A stretch of 64,000 nucleotides of DNA, taken from contig NZ_JBLIET010000014.1 in assembly GCF_047633235.1 (NCBI RefSeq), forward strand, positions 1,448 to 65,447, given 5' to 3'. This document shows, piece after piece, positions 19,534 to 28,726 of this stretch (position 1 is its first letter; each line of letters opens with the position of its first letter). Source of the DNA: Psychroserpens sp. GTDB taxonomy: Bacteria > Bacteroidota > Bacteroidia > Flavobacteriales > Flavobacteriaceae. The translations under genes and the position numbers were made by a program. Below the pieces are notes generated by a model, which searched no databases, was not told the origin of the DNA, and saw only the letters and a list, made by a program, of their open reading frames with translations.

Positions 19534-20933
19534 TACCCTTTTGGAAACTTAATAAGGTTCCATTACTACTCACTTTAGTTAGCTTTTTTCTCTATGGGCT
19601 TTTTGCTTATGATTTAGTTAGAACAGAGTCTATTAAACTTATTGTCTTATACTGTTCGGTTTTTTTGGTATTTCTTTTACTTCTGAAATATTACAAAAAC
19701 AACATCAAGCTTTTAACTGCAATTGCATTTTTATCTAGAGCTATTTTTATTTTAGCAATCCCGAATTTATCGCAAGATTTCTACCGTTTTATTTGGGATG
19801 GACGTATGATTCTGGAAGGATTAAATCCTTATCTCTACACACCAGAGTCATTTATACACGCTGGAGGAAGTTTTCCTGTTGCAGAAGCTAAAGCGCTTTA
19901 TGCAGGTATGGGAGAACTCAACGGTAGTCATTACACCAACTATCCACCAATCAATCAGCTCTGCTTTTTGATTAGTGCTCTATTCTCCAGTCATAGTATT
20001 TTAGGTTCTACAATTATGCTTCGTTTACTTATTGTCGCAGCAGATTTTGGAACTTTTTTCTTCGGAAAGCGCTTGCTAGAACGACTTAATATTCCTGTTA
20101 AGAATATTTTTTGGTATATCCTCAATCCTTTTATTATTATAGAATTGACCGGAAACCTTCATTTTGAAGGTGTCATGATTTTCTTTCTGATATGGAGTTT
20201 ATATCTCTTACATACAGATCAATGGAAATTAGCAGCTGTTGCTTTTGGATTATCCATTTCTGTGAAATTGATACCACTTTTGTTTTTACCTTTGATGTTT
20301 AAATGGTTCATTTATAACAGCTCAACGACCAAGAAAGGACTATCAAGACTAATTGGTTTCTATAGTCTTATAGGCATCACTACAACCCTATTATTCACTC
20401 CTTTTTTCTCTTTAGAATTTGTAAACAACTATTCCCAGACCGTTGCATTATGGTTCACTAATTTTGAATTTAATGCGAGCATTTATTACTTAGCTCGTGA
20501 AATTGGGTACTGGTATACAGGATATAATGAAATTGCAGTGATTGGGAAAATCTTGCCAATTTTGGTGTTTTTATGTGTTCTCTGTTTGTCCCTTTTCCGA
20601 AGAAAAATTGAAACTAAAATGCTTTTTATAAATATGCTTTTTGCATTCTCTTTCTATTTGTTTTTAAGCACAACAGTTCACCCTTGGTACATTGCAACAC
20701 TTTTAATTTTGAGTGTATTTACTAATTATAAATTCCCCTTAGTTTGGAGTTTCGTTATTATTTTAAGTTACCTAGCTTATAGCCATCTCAATAAAGCAAA
20801 CACGTCTGAAAATCTCTGGATTGTCACTTTAGAATACCTGATTGTTTACGGTGTATTTATCTGGGAAGTATTCTTTTCTAGTCGATTTCAAAAGAACAAA
20901 AAAGCCAACTCAATTGAGTTGGCTAAATCATAA
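19530..20933 (+). CDS. Polytopic GT-C-like membrane glycosyltransferase (PIG-M/DUF2029-like)
   Basis: About 12 TM segments. The first loop, SQDFYRFIWDGRMILEGLNPY, resembles the acidic loop of GT-C mannosyltransferases. There is no ATG near the 5' end. A TTG start overlaps the upstream stop. Confidence 0.6.
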   Translation: MIPFWKLNKVPLLLTLVSFFLYGLFAYDLVRTESIKLIVLYCSVFLVFLLLLKYYKNNIKLLTAIAFLSRAIFILAIPNLSQDFYRFIWDGRMILEGLNPYLYTPESFIHAGGSFPVAEAKALYAGMGELNGSHYTNYPPINQLCFLISALFSSHSILGSTIMLRLLIVAADFGTFFFGKRLLERLNIPVKNIFWYILNPFIIIELTGNLHFEGVMIFFLIWSLYLLHTDQWKLAAVAFGLSISVKLIPLLFLPLMFKWFIYNSSTTKKGLSRLIGFYSLIGITTTLLFTPFFSLEFVNNYSQTVALWFTNFEFNASIYYLAREIGYWYTGYNEIAVIGKILPILVFLCVLCLSLFRRKIETKMLFINMLFAFSFYLFLSTTVHPWYIATLLILSVFTNYKFPLVWSFVIILSYLAYSHLNKANTSENLWIVTLEYLIVYGVFIWEVFFSSRFQKNKKANSIELAKS

Positions 20934-20947
20934 ATGGTATTATAAAA

Positions 20948-21292
20948 TTATAATTTTTTTAAGGCTGTGATAGTATAAACCTCTACGTCATCTTCATAAC
21001 CATCTTCGTCTTCTGATTTTTCTGTTTTTGAAGTGTAGGACACTGTAAATTTCGAACCTACTAATTTATCTGTATTCAAATTAAATGATTTCAAAAGTAC
21101 GTCATCAATGTTTTGAAATGTCATTGTAAACTCTTCTCCATCTTCATCCATACCGATGAAATTATATCCATAATCTTCATTACCATCATAAACACCTTCA
21201 AAAATTTGTGTATCCTGAACAGCAGTCATCGAAGTTAAAGTAAAAAGGCAAATAATAAAAAAACTAGCAATTGTAAATGATTTTGTTTTCAT
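20948..21292 (-). CDS. Small secreted acidic hypothetical protein
   Basis: Signal peptide followed by a 114-aa acidic body. No family recognised. Confidence 0.5.
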   Translation of the reverse strand: MKTKSFTIASFFIICLFTLTSMTAVQDTQIFEGVYDGNEDYGYNFIGMDEDGEEFTMTFQNIDDVLLKSFNLNTDKLVGSKFTVSYTSKTEKSEDEDGYEDDVEVYTITALKKL

Positions 21293-21500
21293 CTTAAAAT
21301 AATTAAAACGTTGAAAATTGAGTTTTTTCTTCGGAAAATAGCCACTACAAGTCCGAGAGTGCTTTTAGTAATTTCATCTTATGAATTACGCGTGGAATAT
21401 TATATATATTTTATACAGTCGCTTAGATCAAATTAGTTTTTAAACAAACATTTTAAATTATATTGTGAGCGGTAGAATCAAAAATAATCTTAAAAATTAA

Positions 21501-21824
21501 TCATACAAAATCATCTTCCTCAGCTGCTTCCATATCTGGATCTTGTACTGCCTCCGAATCATCCTCTTCAAAATCTTCATAATCCTCTACGTCATAATTC
21601 TCCATTGTGAGTTCCAGTTTTGTACTCACTCTGACAAGATACTTTGTATCTTCTGTTATGACTTCCACAGCCTCTACGAGTTCATTCTTAGCATTCTTAA
21701 ATGATATGATATTATCATCATCATATCCGTGAGGATACTTTTGCACTAATAAAGCTAGAATTTCTGGAGTTAATTTTTTAAAATCAACGATAACTCGTTT
21801 TAAGTTTGCGTCTTTGTGTTTCAT
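21501..21824 (-). CDS. Hypothetical protein with highly acidic C-terminal tail
   Basis: 107-aa ORF lying 44 nt downstream of the GNAT/C-N hydrolase gene. The tail is YDVEDYEDFEEDDSEAVQDPDMEAAEEDDF. Confidence 0.5.
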   Translation of the reverse strand: MKHKDANLKRVIVDFKKLTPEILALLVQKYPHGYDDDNIISFKNAKNELVEAVEVITEDTKYLVRVSTKLELTMENYDVEDYEDFEEDDSEAVQDPDMEAAEEDDFV

Positions 21825-21868
21825 TTCTTAATTTAATAGTTGGGGCTAATTTATGTTAAATATACTAC

Positions 21869-23398
21869 TTATTCTTTTACTCTTATAACGTCATAAACAT
21901 CTTTTCTTCTATCTTTTAAATTTTTAACCGCACCAAAAGAGTGTAATTCTCTTAACAAACTCAAATCAACATCTGCAACCAATATCATTTCTGTATTTGT
22001 AGTCGCTTCTGCCTTTATACCATTACTTGGAAAAGAAAAATCACAAGGTGTAAATACAGCCGACTGCGCATATTGAATATCCATATTATTCACATTGGGG
22101 AGATTACCGACACTACCAGCAATAGCAACATAACATTCATTTTCAATCGCTCTAGCTTGCGCGCACAAACGCACTCGCGAATATCCATTTTGAGTATCTG
22201 TTAAAAACGGAACAAATAATATGTCCATACCTTCGTCTGCTAATAACCTTGATAATTCTGGGAATTCTGAGTCATAACAAATCAAAATACCAATTTTGCC
22301 TGCATCTGTTTCAAACGTTTGCAATTTATGACCTCTTTGCATTCCCCAAATTTTAGCTTCATCTGGAGTCACATGAATTTTCTCATAACGCTCTAAACTG
22401 CCGTCTCTACGACATAAATAACCTATATTAAACAACTTATCATCGATAAGCTCTGGCATACTACCTGTTATGATATTTATATTATATGAAATAGATAATT
22501 GTTGCATTTTTTCAACGATCACCTTTGTATATTTTGCTAATTCTCTAATCGCGTCTGGCTCGTGCATGTGATTATACTTCGCCATTAATGGAGCATTAAA
22601 AAACTCTGGAAATAACGCAAAATCTGATCTATATGCCGCTACACTATCTACGAAATACTCAACTTGCTGCATGAGTTCTTCTAGGCTATTGTAGGTCCGC
22701 ATTTGCCACTGAATTAAGCCCAATCGAACAACTGTTTTTACTGAACCTGCTTTTTTGCTTTTTTTGGTATAATAAATATTATCCCACTCCATTAAAACTG
22801 CATATTCATTGGATGCAGTATCACCTTCTAGATAGCCTTTTAAAACTCGAACTGGATGAAAATCGTTAGATATTTGAAAATTTAAAACGGGATCATGAAT
22901 TTCCTTACGTTTTACTTTTTCTATATATTCTTTTGGTGTCAGTTCTTTATGCTTGTGATAATTTGGCATTCTACCGCCAAAAACGATTCCTTTTAGGTTT
23001 AAGTTTTCACAAATCTCTTTTCTATAATCATAGAGGCGTCTTCCTAAGCGTAATCCTCTATATTCAGGTTTTATAAAAACATCTATTCCATAGAGAACAT
23101 CACCTTCACTATCGTGATTATTAAACGAATCACCATTAATAATATCTGCATAGGTGTGATTATCATCAATTTTATCATAATCAACAATAAGTGATAATGC
23201 ACAACCTGCAATGTTACCATCAATTTTAATGACCACTTGACCTTTAGGGAAAATATTAGTCAAGCGTTCAATATGATGCTTTTTCCAATACGAATTTAAA
23301 ACACCTCCATAAGACTCTAGAGTTGCCGATTTTAATTCTTCAAAATCATCAACCGTTAAGTATTTTAATTCTATATTTTCAATTTTATGCTCTTCCAT
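21869..23398 (-). CDS. Bifunctional GNAT N-acetyltransferase / carbon-nitrogen hydrolase (nitrilase superfamily)
   Basis: The N-terminal GNAT core is YRGLRLGRRLY. The C-terminal C-N hydrolase has its E/K/C triad in FPEFF, YEKIHVT and ILICYDSEFPE. A TAATG stop/start overlap links it to the upstream gene. Confidence 0.85.
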   Translation of the reverse strand: MEEHKIENIELKYLTVDDFEELKSATLESYGGVLNSYWKKHHIERLTNIFPKGQVVIKIDGNIAGCALSLIVDYDKIDDNHTYADIINGDSFNNHDSEGDVLYGIDVFIKPEYRGLRLGRRLYDYRKEICENLNLKGIVFGGRMPNYHKHKELTPKEYIEKVKRKEIHDPVLNFQISNDFHPVRVLKGYLEGDTASNEYAVLMEWDNIYYTKKSKKAGSVKTVVRLGLIQWQMRTYNSLEELMQQVEYFVDSVAAYRSDFALFPEFFNAPLMAKYNHMHEPDAIRELAKYTKVIVEKMQQLSISYNINIITGSMPELIDDKLFNIGYLCRRDGSLERYEKIHVTPDEAKIWGMQRGHKLQTFETDAGKIGILICYDSEFPELSRLLADEGMDILFVPFLTDTQNGYSRVRLCAQARAIENECYVAIAGSVGNLPNVNNMDIQYAQSAVFTPCDFSFPSNGIKAEATTNTEMILVADVDLSLLRELHSFGAVKNLKDRRKDVYDVIRVKE

Positions 23399-24387
23399 TA
23401 TAAATCTAAGAGGTAAGCAAAAATTAATGGTGCTACAATAGTCGCATCACTCTCAATTATAAATTTTGGGGTATCGATATCTAATTTTCCCCAAGTTATT
23501 TTTTCGTTTGGCACAGCCCCAGAGTAGGACCCATAACTTGTTGTAGAATCACTAATCTGACAGAAATAACTCCAAAATGGTGTCTCTGGACGCTCCATAT
23601 CTTGATACAACATTGGCACAACACAAATAGGAAAGTCGCCAGCAATACCGCCTCCAATTTGGAAGAAACCAATTCCTTTTTTTGAATTATCTGTATACCA
23701 ATCTGCTAAAAAAGTCATGTACTCAATTCCAGACTTCGTAGTGCTAGCTTTCAGTTCACCCTTAAGTACGTAGCTTGCAAAGATATTACCCATGGTACTA
23801 TCCTCCCAACCTGGGCAAACAATAGGTAAGTTTTTTTCTGCAGCTGCGTACATCCATGAATCTTTTAAATCAATTTCATAGTGCTCTTCTAATACACCTG
23901 AAAGCAAAAGTTTATACATGTATTCATGCGGAAGGTATCGTTCGCCTTTAGCTTCGGCATCCATCCAAATCTTAACAATGTGTTTTTGAATTCTACGGAA
24001 AGCTTCTTCCTCTGGAATACAGGTATCTGTCACACGATTTAAGCCTTTCTCCAACAAATCCCATTCGTCTTGTGGCGTTAGATCACGATAATTTGGGACA
24101 CGTTTATAATGTGAATGTGCGACTAGATTCATGATATCCTCTTCTAAGTTTGCACCTGTGCAGGAAATGATATGAACTTTATCTTGACGAATCATTTCTG
24201 CAAAAATCTTACCTAATTCTGCAGTACTCATGGCACCAGCAAGCGATACAAGCATTTTTGCACCAGAATTTAACTGATCTTCATATCCCTTTGCTGCATC
24301 AACCAAAGCTGCTGAATTAAAGTGTAGATAATACTTTTCTATAAATTGTGAGATTGGCCCTTTATTGATTGTCATCGTCATCGTCAT
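23398..24387 (-). CDS. Deoxyhypusine synthase-like protein (probable homospermidine-forming enzyme)
   Basis: DHS-family motifs ISCTGANLEED, GGGIAGDF and SGAVPNEKITWGK. Three in-frame ATGs (MTMTMT) fall in a hexanucleotide repeat. Confidence 0.85.
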   Translation of the reverse strand: MTMTMTINKGPISQFIEKYYLHFNSAALVDAAKGYEDQLNSGAKMLVSLAGAMSTAELGKIFAEMIRQDKVHIISCTGANLEEDIMNLVAHSHYKRVPNYRDLTPQDEWDLLEKGLNRVTDTCIPEEEAFRRIQKHIVKIWMDAEAKGERYLPHEYMYKLLLSGVLEEHYEIDLKDSWMYAAAEKNLPIVCPGWEDSTMGNIFASYVLKGELKASTTKSGIEYMTFLADWYTDNSKKGIGFFQIGGGIAGDFPICVVPMLYQDMERPETPFWSYFCQISDSTTSYGSYSGAVPNEKITWGKLDIDTPKFIIESDATIVAPLIFAYLLDL

Positions 24388-25312
24388 TGTTAAATTTAGA
24401 AACCTTATTAGAATTCCCTTTTGATTCGTTAATATTATTGTCGAAACCGTCGTCCGTATTTTCGTTTAAGAACTTATAAGTTAGCATTTTATAATACAAC
24501 TTTGCTGCTAGAAAATCTGAAGATTTTTCTTTTGGGTTTGGACACAATTCAACAATATCAAAACCTACCACATTCTTTTCTTCAAATACTTGACGCAAAA
24601 ACTCAATAGTCTCATACCAAAGTAATCCTCCAGGCTCTGGAGTACCTGTTGATGGCATAATTGAGGGATCAAAAGCATCTAAATCAAACGTAATATAGAC
24701 ATTATCTGTCATTTGTTCTATTGCAGAATCCATCCAAGAACCATCCTCTGCCATCTCATGAGCAAAATATGTTTTTTCCTTATCCATTACGGTCGTTTCC
24801 ATAACATCCATGCTACGAATCCCAACTTGAATTAAATTTGTAGTTTGGCTAGCTTGATAAACAGCACAAGCGTGATTGTACTTACTACCTTCATATTCCT
24901 GACGTAAATCGGCATGTGCGTCAATTTGCAAAACGGTTAGGTCATCAAAACACTCATTAAATGCTCTTATCGTTCCAATTGAAATAGAATGTTCTCCACC
25001 AAAAGTCGTTACAAATTTATTACGCTTGATATATTTTTTAGTGATTTGATGTACCTCATCCACCATTTTTTCTGGCGAAGTATTTTCAGTAATAGCATCT
25101 GCCAGAAATACACCTTGTTTATACACTTCTGTTTCAGTCTCGATATCATAGAGCTCCATGTTTTCCGAAGCATTTAAAAAAGCCTCTGGCCCTTTGTCTG
25201 CTCCTTTTTGCCATGTACTTGTGCCATCATAAGGCACGGGAATTAAGACAATCTTAGAACTGTCTAGTTTAGCATAATGCTCTTCGATTCCTGCGTAAGT
25301 TTTATTATTCAT
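24362..25312 (-). CDS. speB: Agmatinase (ureohydrolase family)
   Basis: Motifs GGEHSIS, QIDAHADLR and TFDLDAFDPS. It lies between arginine decarboxylase-like and DHS-like genes and overlaps both. The tail is Asn/Asp-rich. Confidence 0.9.
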   Translation of the reverse strand: MNNKTYAGIEEHYAKLDSSKIVLIPVPYDGTSTWQKGADKGPEAFLNASENMELYDIETETEVYKQGVFLADAITENTSPEKMVDEVHQITKKYIKRNKFVTTFGGEHSISIGTIRAFNECFDDLTVLQIDAHADLRQEYEGSKYNHACAVYQASQTTNLIQVGIRSMDVMETTVMDKEKTYFAHEMAEDGSWMDSAIEQMTDNVYITFDLDAFDPSIMPSTGTPEPGGLLWYETIEFLRQVFEEKNVVGFDIVELCPNPKEKSSDFLAAKLYYKMLTYKFLNENTDDGFDNNINESKGNSNKVSKFNNDDDDDNQ

Positions 25313-26702
25313 TATAACCTAAAATTTTAAGTAAATCTTCACTTTTTTGTTGTTCACTAAATAATTTTGTGGTGATGTTTCCGTCATCATCCTTTTGTAT
25401 TAAAATATGCTTTGGCGAAGGGACTAAACAATGTTGTAAACCTCCAAATCCACCAATAGTTTCTTGATAAGCTCCTGTATTAAAAAACCCAATATAGAGT
25501 GGTTTCTCTTTATTGTACTTAGGAAGATAAATAGCATTCATATGCTGTTCACTATTGTAGTAGTCATCACTATCACAAGTTAAGCCTCCTAAAAGCACAC
25601 GCTCATAACTCTCATGCCAACGATTAATTGGCAGCATAATAAAGCGTTTATTAATGGCCCAAGTATCTGGCAATGTTGTAATGAAAGAGGAGTTAATCAT
25701 ATTCCATTTTTCGCGATCATTTTGTTGTTTTTGATATAAAATTTCATAAATCGCTCCTCCACTTTCTCCTACTGTAAAACTACCAAACTCAGTAAAAATA
25801 TTTGGTACCTCGACCTCTTCCTCTTCACAAACTGTTTTGATTTGATTGACAATCTCATCAACCATATACGCGTAATCAAAATCGTAAACCAATGAGTTTT
25901 TTATAGGAAAACCGCCTCCAATATTTAAACTATCTAATGATGGACAAATCTTTTTAAGACTTGTATAAACTTTTAAGCATTTTGTAAGTTCATTCCAATA
26001 GTACGCATTATCACGAATGCCTGTATTGATAAAAAAGTGAAGCATTTTAAGTTTGACTTTTTTATTATTCTGTATTTGATTTCTATAAAAAGGAACAATA
26101 TTCTTATACCCAATACCTAACCTTGAAGTATAAAACTCAAATTTCGGGTCTTCTTCTGAGGCTATCCTAATTCCCACATTGAAATTTCCTTTTATTTCTT
26201 CGGAAAGCAAATCTATCTCCTCGTAATTATCAATGATAGGAATCGAGTTCTTATGACCATTATTAATTAATCTAGCAATATTAGTTACATACTGAGCACG
26301 CTTAAACCCATTGCTTATAATAAATGTATTATCTGTGATCTTACCTTCGGCCTTTAAACGTTCTACAATATCAATATCAAAAGCGGAAGAAGTTTCAATA
26401 TGAATATCATTTGTCAAAGCTTCATCAAGCACGTGCTTAAAGTGAGAGCTTTTTGTGCAATAACAGTAATTGTATTTTCCTTTATAGTTATTCTTCTCTA
26501 TGGCATCTGCAAACCATTTTTTGGCGCGATTGATATTATTAGAAATTTGGGGTAAATATGTAAACTTCAAAGGTGTCCCATATTGCTCTACTAGTTCCAT
26601 AAGATTAATATCATGGAATTCTAAAGTTTTATTTTTAAGTTTAAACTCTTCTTGAGGAAAATCAAAAGTTTGATTTACCAAGTCAATATACTTTGTATTC
26701 AT
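25305..26702 (-). CDS. speA: Type III PLP-dependent decarboxylase, arginine decarboxylase-like
   Basis: Alanine-racemase-fold decarboxylase pattern (YCTKSSHF lysine region, LNIGGGFP, GLTCDSDD). It is translationally overlapped with agmatinase. Confidence 0.8.
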   Translation of the reverse strand: MNTKYIDLVNQTFDFPQEEFKLKNKTLEFHDINLMELVEQYGTPLKFTYLPQISNNINRAKKWFADAIEKNNYKGKYNYCYCTKSSHFKHVLDEALTNDIHIETSSAFDIDIVERLKAEGKITDNTFIISNGFKRAQYVTNIARLINNGHKNSIPIIDNYEEIDLLSEEIKGNFNVGIRIASEEDPKFEFYTSRLGIGYKNIVPFYRNQIQNNKKVKLKMLHFFINTGIRDNAYYWNELTKCLKVYTSLKKICPSLDSLNIGGGFPIKNSLVYDFDYAYMVDEIVNQIKTVCEEEEVEVPNIFTEFGSFTVGESGGAIYEILYQKQQNDREKWNMINSSFITTLPDTWAINKRFIMLPINRWHESYERVLLGGLTCDSDDYYNSEQHMNAIYLPKYNKEKPLYIGFFNTGAYQETIGGFGGLQHCLVPSPKHILIQKDDDGNITTKLFSEQQKSEDLLKILGYNE

Positions 26703-26715
26703 TTTTATTTTTAAA

Positions 26716-26744
26716 AAAAGTTATCTATAAATTGTGAGGGTCAA
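26716..26744 (-). promoter_or_regulatory. Candidate sigma-A promoter for the speA-like operon (TTG-N18-TAACTTTT)
   Basis: On the minus strand, TTG (26744-26742) is followed by an 18-nt spacer and TAACTTTT (26723-26716), which is 13 nt before the ATG. It matches the Bacteroidota TTG/TAnnTTTG consensus except for the last base. Confidence 0.3.
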
Positions 26745-26780
26745 CACCATATTAAGTCAATAAAAACTTAATAAAATAAT

Positions 26781-26797
26781 AATGACGTATCGTCATT
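26781..26797 (-). terminator. Short palindromic hairpin with a U-rich tail on the minus strand
   Basis: AATGACG-TAT-CGTCATT, followed on the minus strand by ATTATTTTATT. It is flanked by 15-nt direct repeats AAAAACTTAATAAAA at 26762-26776 and 26808-26822. Confidence 0.3.
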
Positions 26798-27225
26798 TTG
26801 GCATCAAAAAAACTTAATAAAAAAGAAAGCTCATACCTGCAGTTGAGGATGAGTCGTAGGAATAAAGCCAAACAGATGTTGGCTCATGACGATAAAGTAA
26901 GCGGAAGTTAGCTCTAAAATTTGGTTACTTAATCTATAAGCTGCTTTTGAATATGACTTCCTAATTTTCAAAAACCCAAACGTATAAACATTGTTCAATT
27001 TGTTCAGCTATGTGCCTGGCTTATTAGACTTTAATTACTCTAAAAGCAATACAAATTTAATTTATTTTTTGATATGTTTTACATTTTACTTTTTTTTTTG
27101 AATTTTTTTTTAAGTCTATTAATTATTTAATCTTTAATTTTATAGTAGACTCATTTAAAAGCGGTTTTCACTAAGTCAAACGTCTTATTAACTCAATCTA
27201 GTTAGTAAATCGTTTTAAGCGTGCG

Positions 27226-27233
27226 TAAATTTG
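27226..27233 (+). promoter_or_regulatory. Bacteroidota -7 box TAAATTTG
   Basis: Exact TAnnTTTG match 23 nt upstream of ATG 27257. It lies inside the GTG-extended ORF, which argues for the ATG start. Confidence 0.4.
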
Positions 27234-27256
27234 ATGCAAACAAAACATATATAATT

Positions 27257-27682
27257 ATGAAAGCACTAACCATTAAAAACATTGCACAAGCCTTAAGTTT
27301 TATGACTATAGCAATATTTGCTACACTTATATCCAATCCTGTGTATGCACAATCGCAAAATGTTGCTACCGCTATTAATGCGGACCAACAATTAACTGTT
27401 AAAGGAAAAGTAAGTGATGACAAAGGACCATTACTAGGCGTTAATATTGTACTTAAAGGTAGTAAAATTGGTATTATTACAGATAAAAATGGAGAATTCA
27501 CATTTCCGGAGTCATTAAGCTCTGGCGATATTTTGGTATTTAGCTACTTGGGATTTGAAAAACAAAACATTACAATTGACGCTAAAACAACGTATATCAA
27601 TTTATTAATGTCGTCTGATCTTGTTGAAATGATGGGTGCGCCAAATGCCAGCAAACCCTATAAATCGAAGCGTTCAAATTAA
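27257..27682 (+). CDS. Small secreted CarboxypepD_reg-like domain protein
   Basis: A signal peptide is followed by LTVKGKVSDDKGPLLGVNIVLKGSKIGIITDKNGEFTF. This is typical of the carboxypeptidase-regulatory-like domain found at SusC N-termini. Confidence 0.7.
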   Translation: MKALTIKNIAQALSFMTIAIFATLISNPVYAQSQNVATAINADQQLTVKGKVSDDKGPLLGVNIVLKGSKIGIITDKNGEFTFPESLSSGDILVFSYLGFEKQNITIDAKTTYINLLMSSDLVEMMGAPNASKPYKSKRSN

Positions 27683-27708
27683 AGTTTAATTATACGTATT
27701 ATATACAT

Positions 27709-28710
27709 ATGAGATATCTCTTGCTCTTTATCGTTGCATTTCCATCTCATGCTCAAATATCTGACTTTGATCATATTGATTTTTCAAAAGCAGATCAAGC
27801 AGCATTGTCATGCAAAAATGAAGGACTTAATAATATGCCTATGCTCGCTTACAACCTAACATCACACTTAGATACTGATGCTGAGCGTTTTAGAGCCATT
27901 TATATGTGGGTTTGTCACAATATTGCAAATGATTATACTCTTTACCTAAGAAACAAACGCAAAAGAAATAAATATCAAAATGATAGTATCAAGCTCAAAA
28001 CTTGGAATGATCGCTTTAAAAAAGAGGTCTTTCGTAAGCTTTTAAAACAAGAAAGAACCATTTGCACAGGCTATGCCTATATTGTACAAGAGCTCTCTAA
28101 ATTAGCTAATTTAAATTGTGAGATTGTTCATGGTTATGGCAAAACTAGCATGACAGATATTGACAAACTTGATCCTCCCAACCATTCCTGGAATGCTGTA
28201 AAATTGGATAAAAAATGGTATTTATGTGACCCAACATGGGCAAGTGGTATACCTGACCTTAGTACCAATATTTTTAGATTTGACTATAATGATGGGTACT
28301 TTCTATCTAATCCTAAACTATTTATAATTAATCACTTTCCAAAAGACCAAAAATGGACTCTTTTAGAGAACGAAGTCCACTCATTTAATGATTTCCTAAC
28401 AGCACCTATTCTCTATGGTAAGGCATACAAAAACCTAAACGAACACAAAATTCCAAAACAAATGCATCAATCATTGCATAAAAATGAAGTAGTAAGATTT
28501 ATATATCAACTTAAAAAAACCATTGATATAAAAAGTATTCATTTTTTAATTGACGATGGATTTACTAATAAAAAGATAAAGCCCAACTCTATTACCATAG
28601 ACAACCAATCACTTCAATTAGAATATCAATTTAACTCCAATGGATTTTATGATCTACATCTCTATATTAGTGATGATTTGATTTCTACTTATACATTTAG
28701 TGTTAAATAG
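27709..28710 (+). CDS. Transglutaminase-like cysteine peptidase-fold protein, secreted
   Basis: Signal peptide. C/H/D triad context: ICTGYAYIV, HSWNAVKL, LCDPTWA. Confidence 0.8.
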   Translation: MRYLLLFIVAFPSHAQISDFDHIDFSKADQAALSCKNEGLNNMPMLAYNLTSHLDTDAERFRAIYMWVCHNIANDYTLYLRNKRKRNKYQNDSIKLKTWNDRFKKEVFRKLLKQERTICTGYAYIVQELSKLANLNCEIVHGYGKTSMTDIDKLDPPNHSWNAVKLDKKWYLCDPTWASGIPDLSTNIFRFDYNDGYFLSNPKLFIINHFPKDQKWTLLENEVHSFNDFLTAPILYGKAYKNLNEHKIPKQMHQSLHKNEVVRFIYQLKKTIDIKSIHFLIDDGFTNKKIKPNSITIDNQSLQLEYQFNSNGFYDLHLYISDDLISTYTFSVK

Positions 28711-28726
28711 CAATCCTATTAATTGA

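Noticed and set aside
27202-27501. 99-aa minus-strand ORF opposite the CarboxypepD_reg gene.
   Set aside because: The plus-strand gene has a signal peptide, a recognisable domain and a TAAATTTG box. The antisense ORF has no support.
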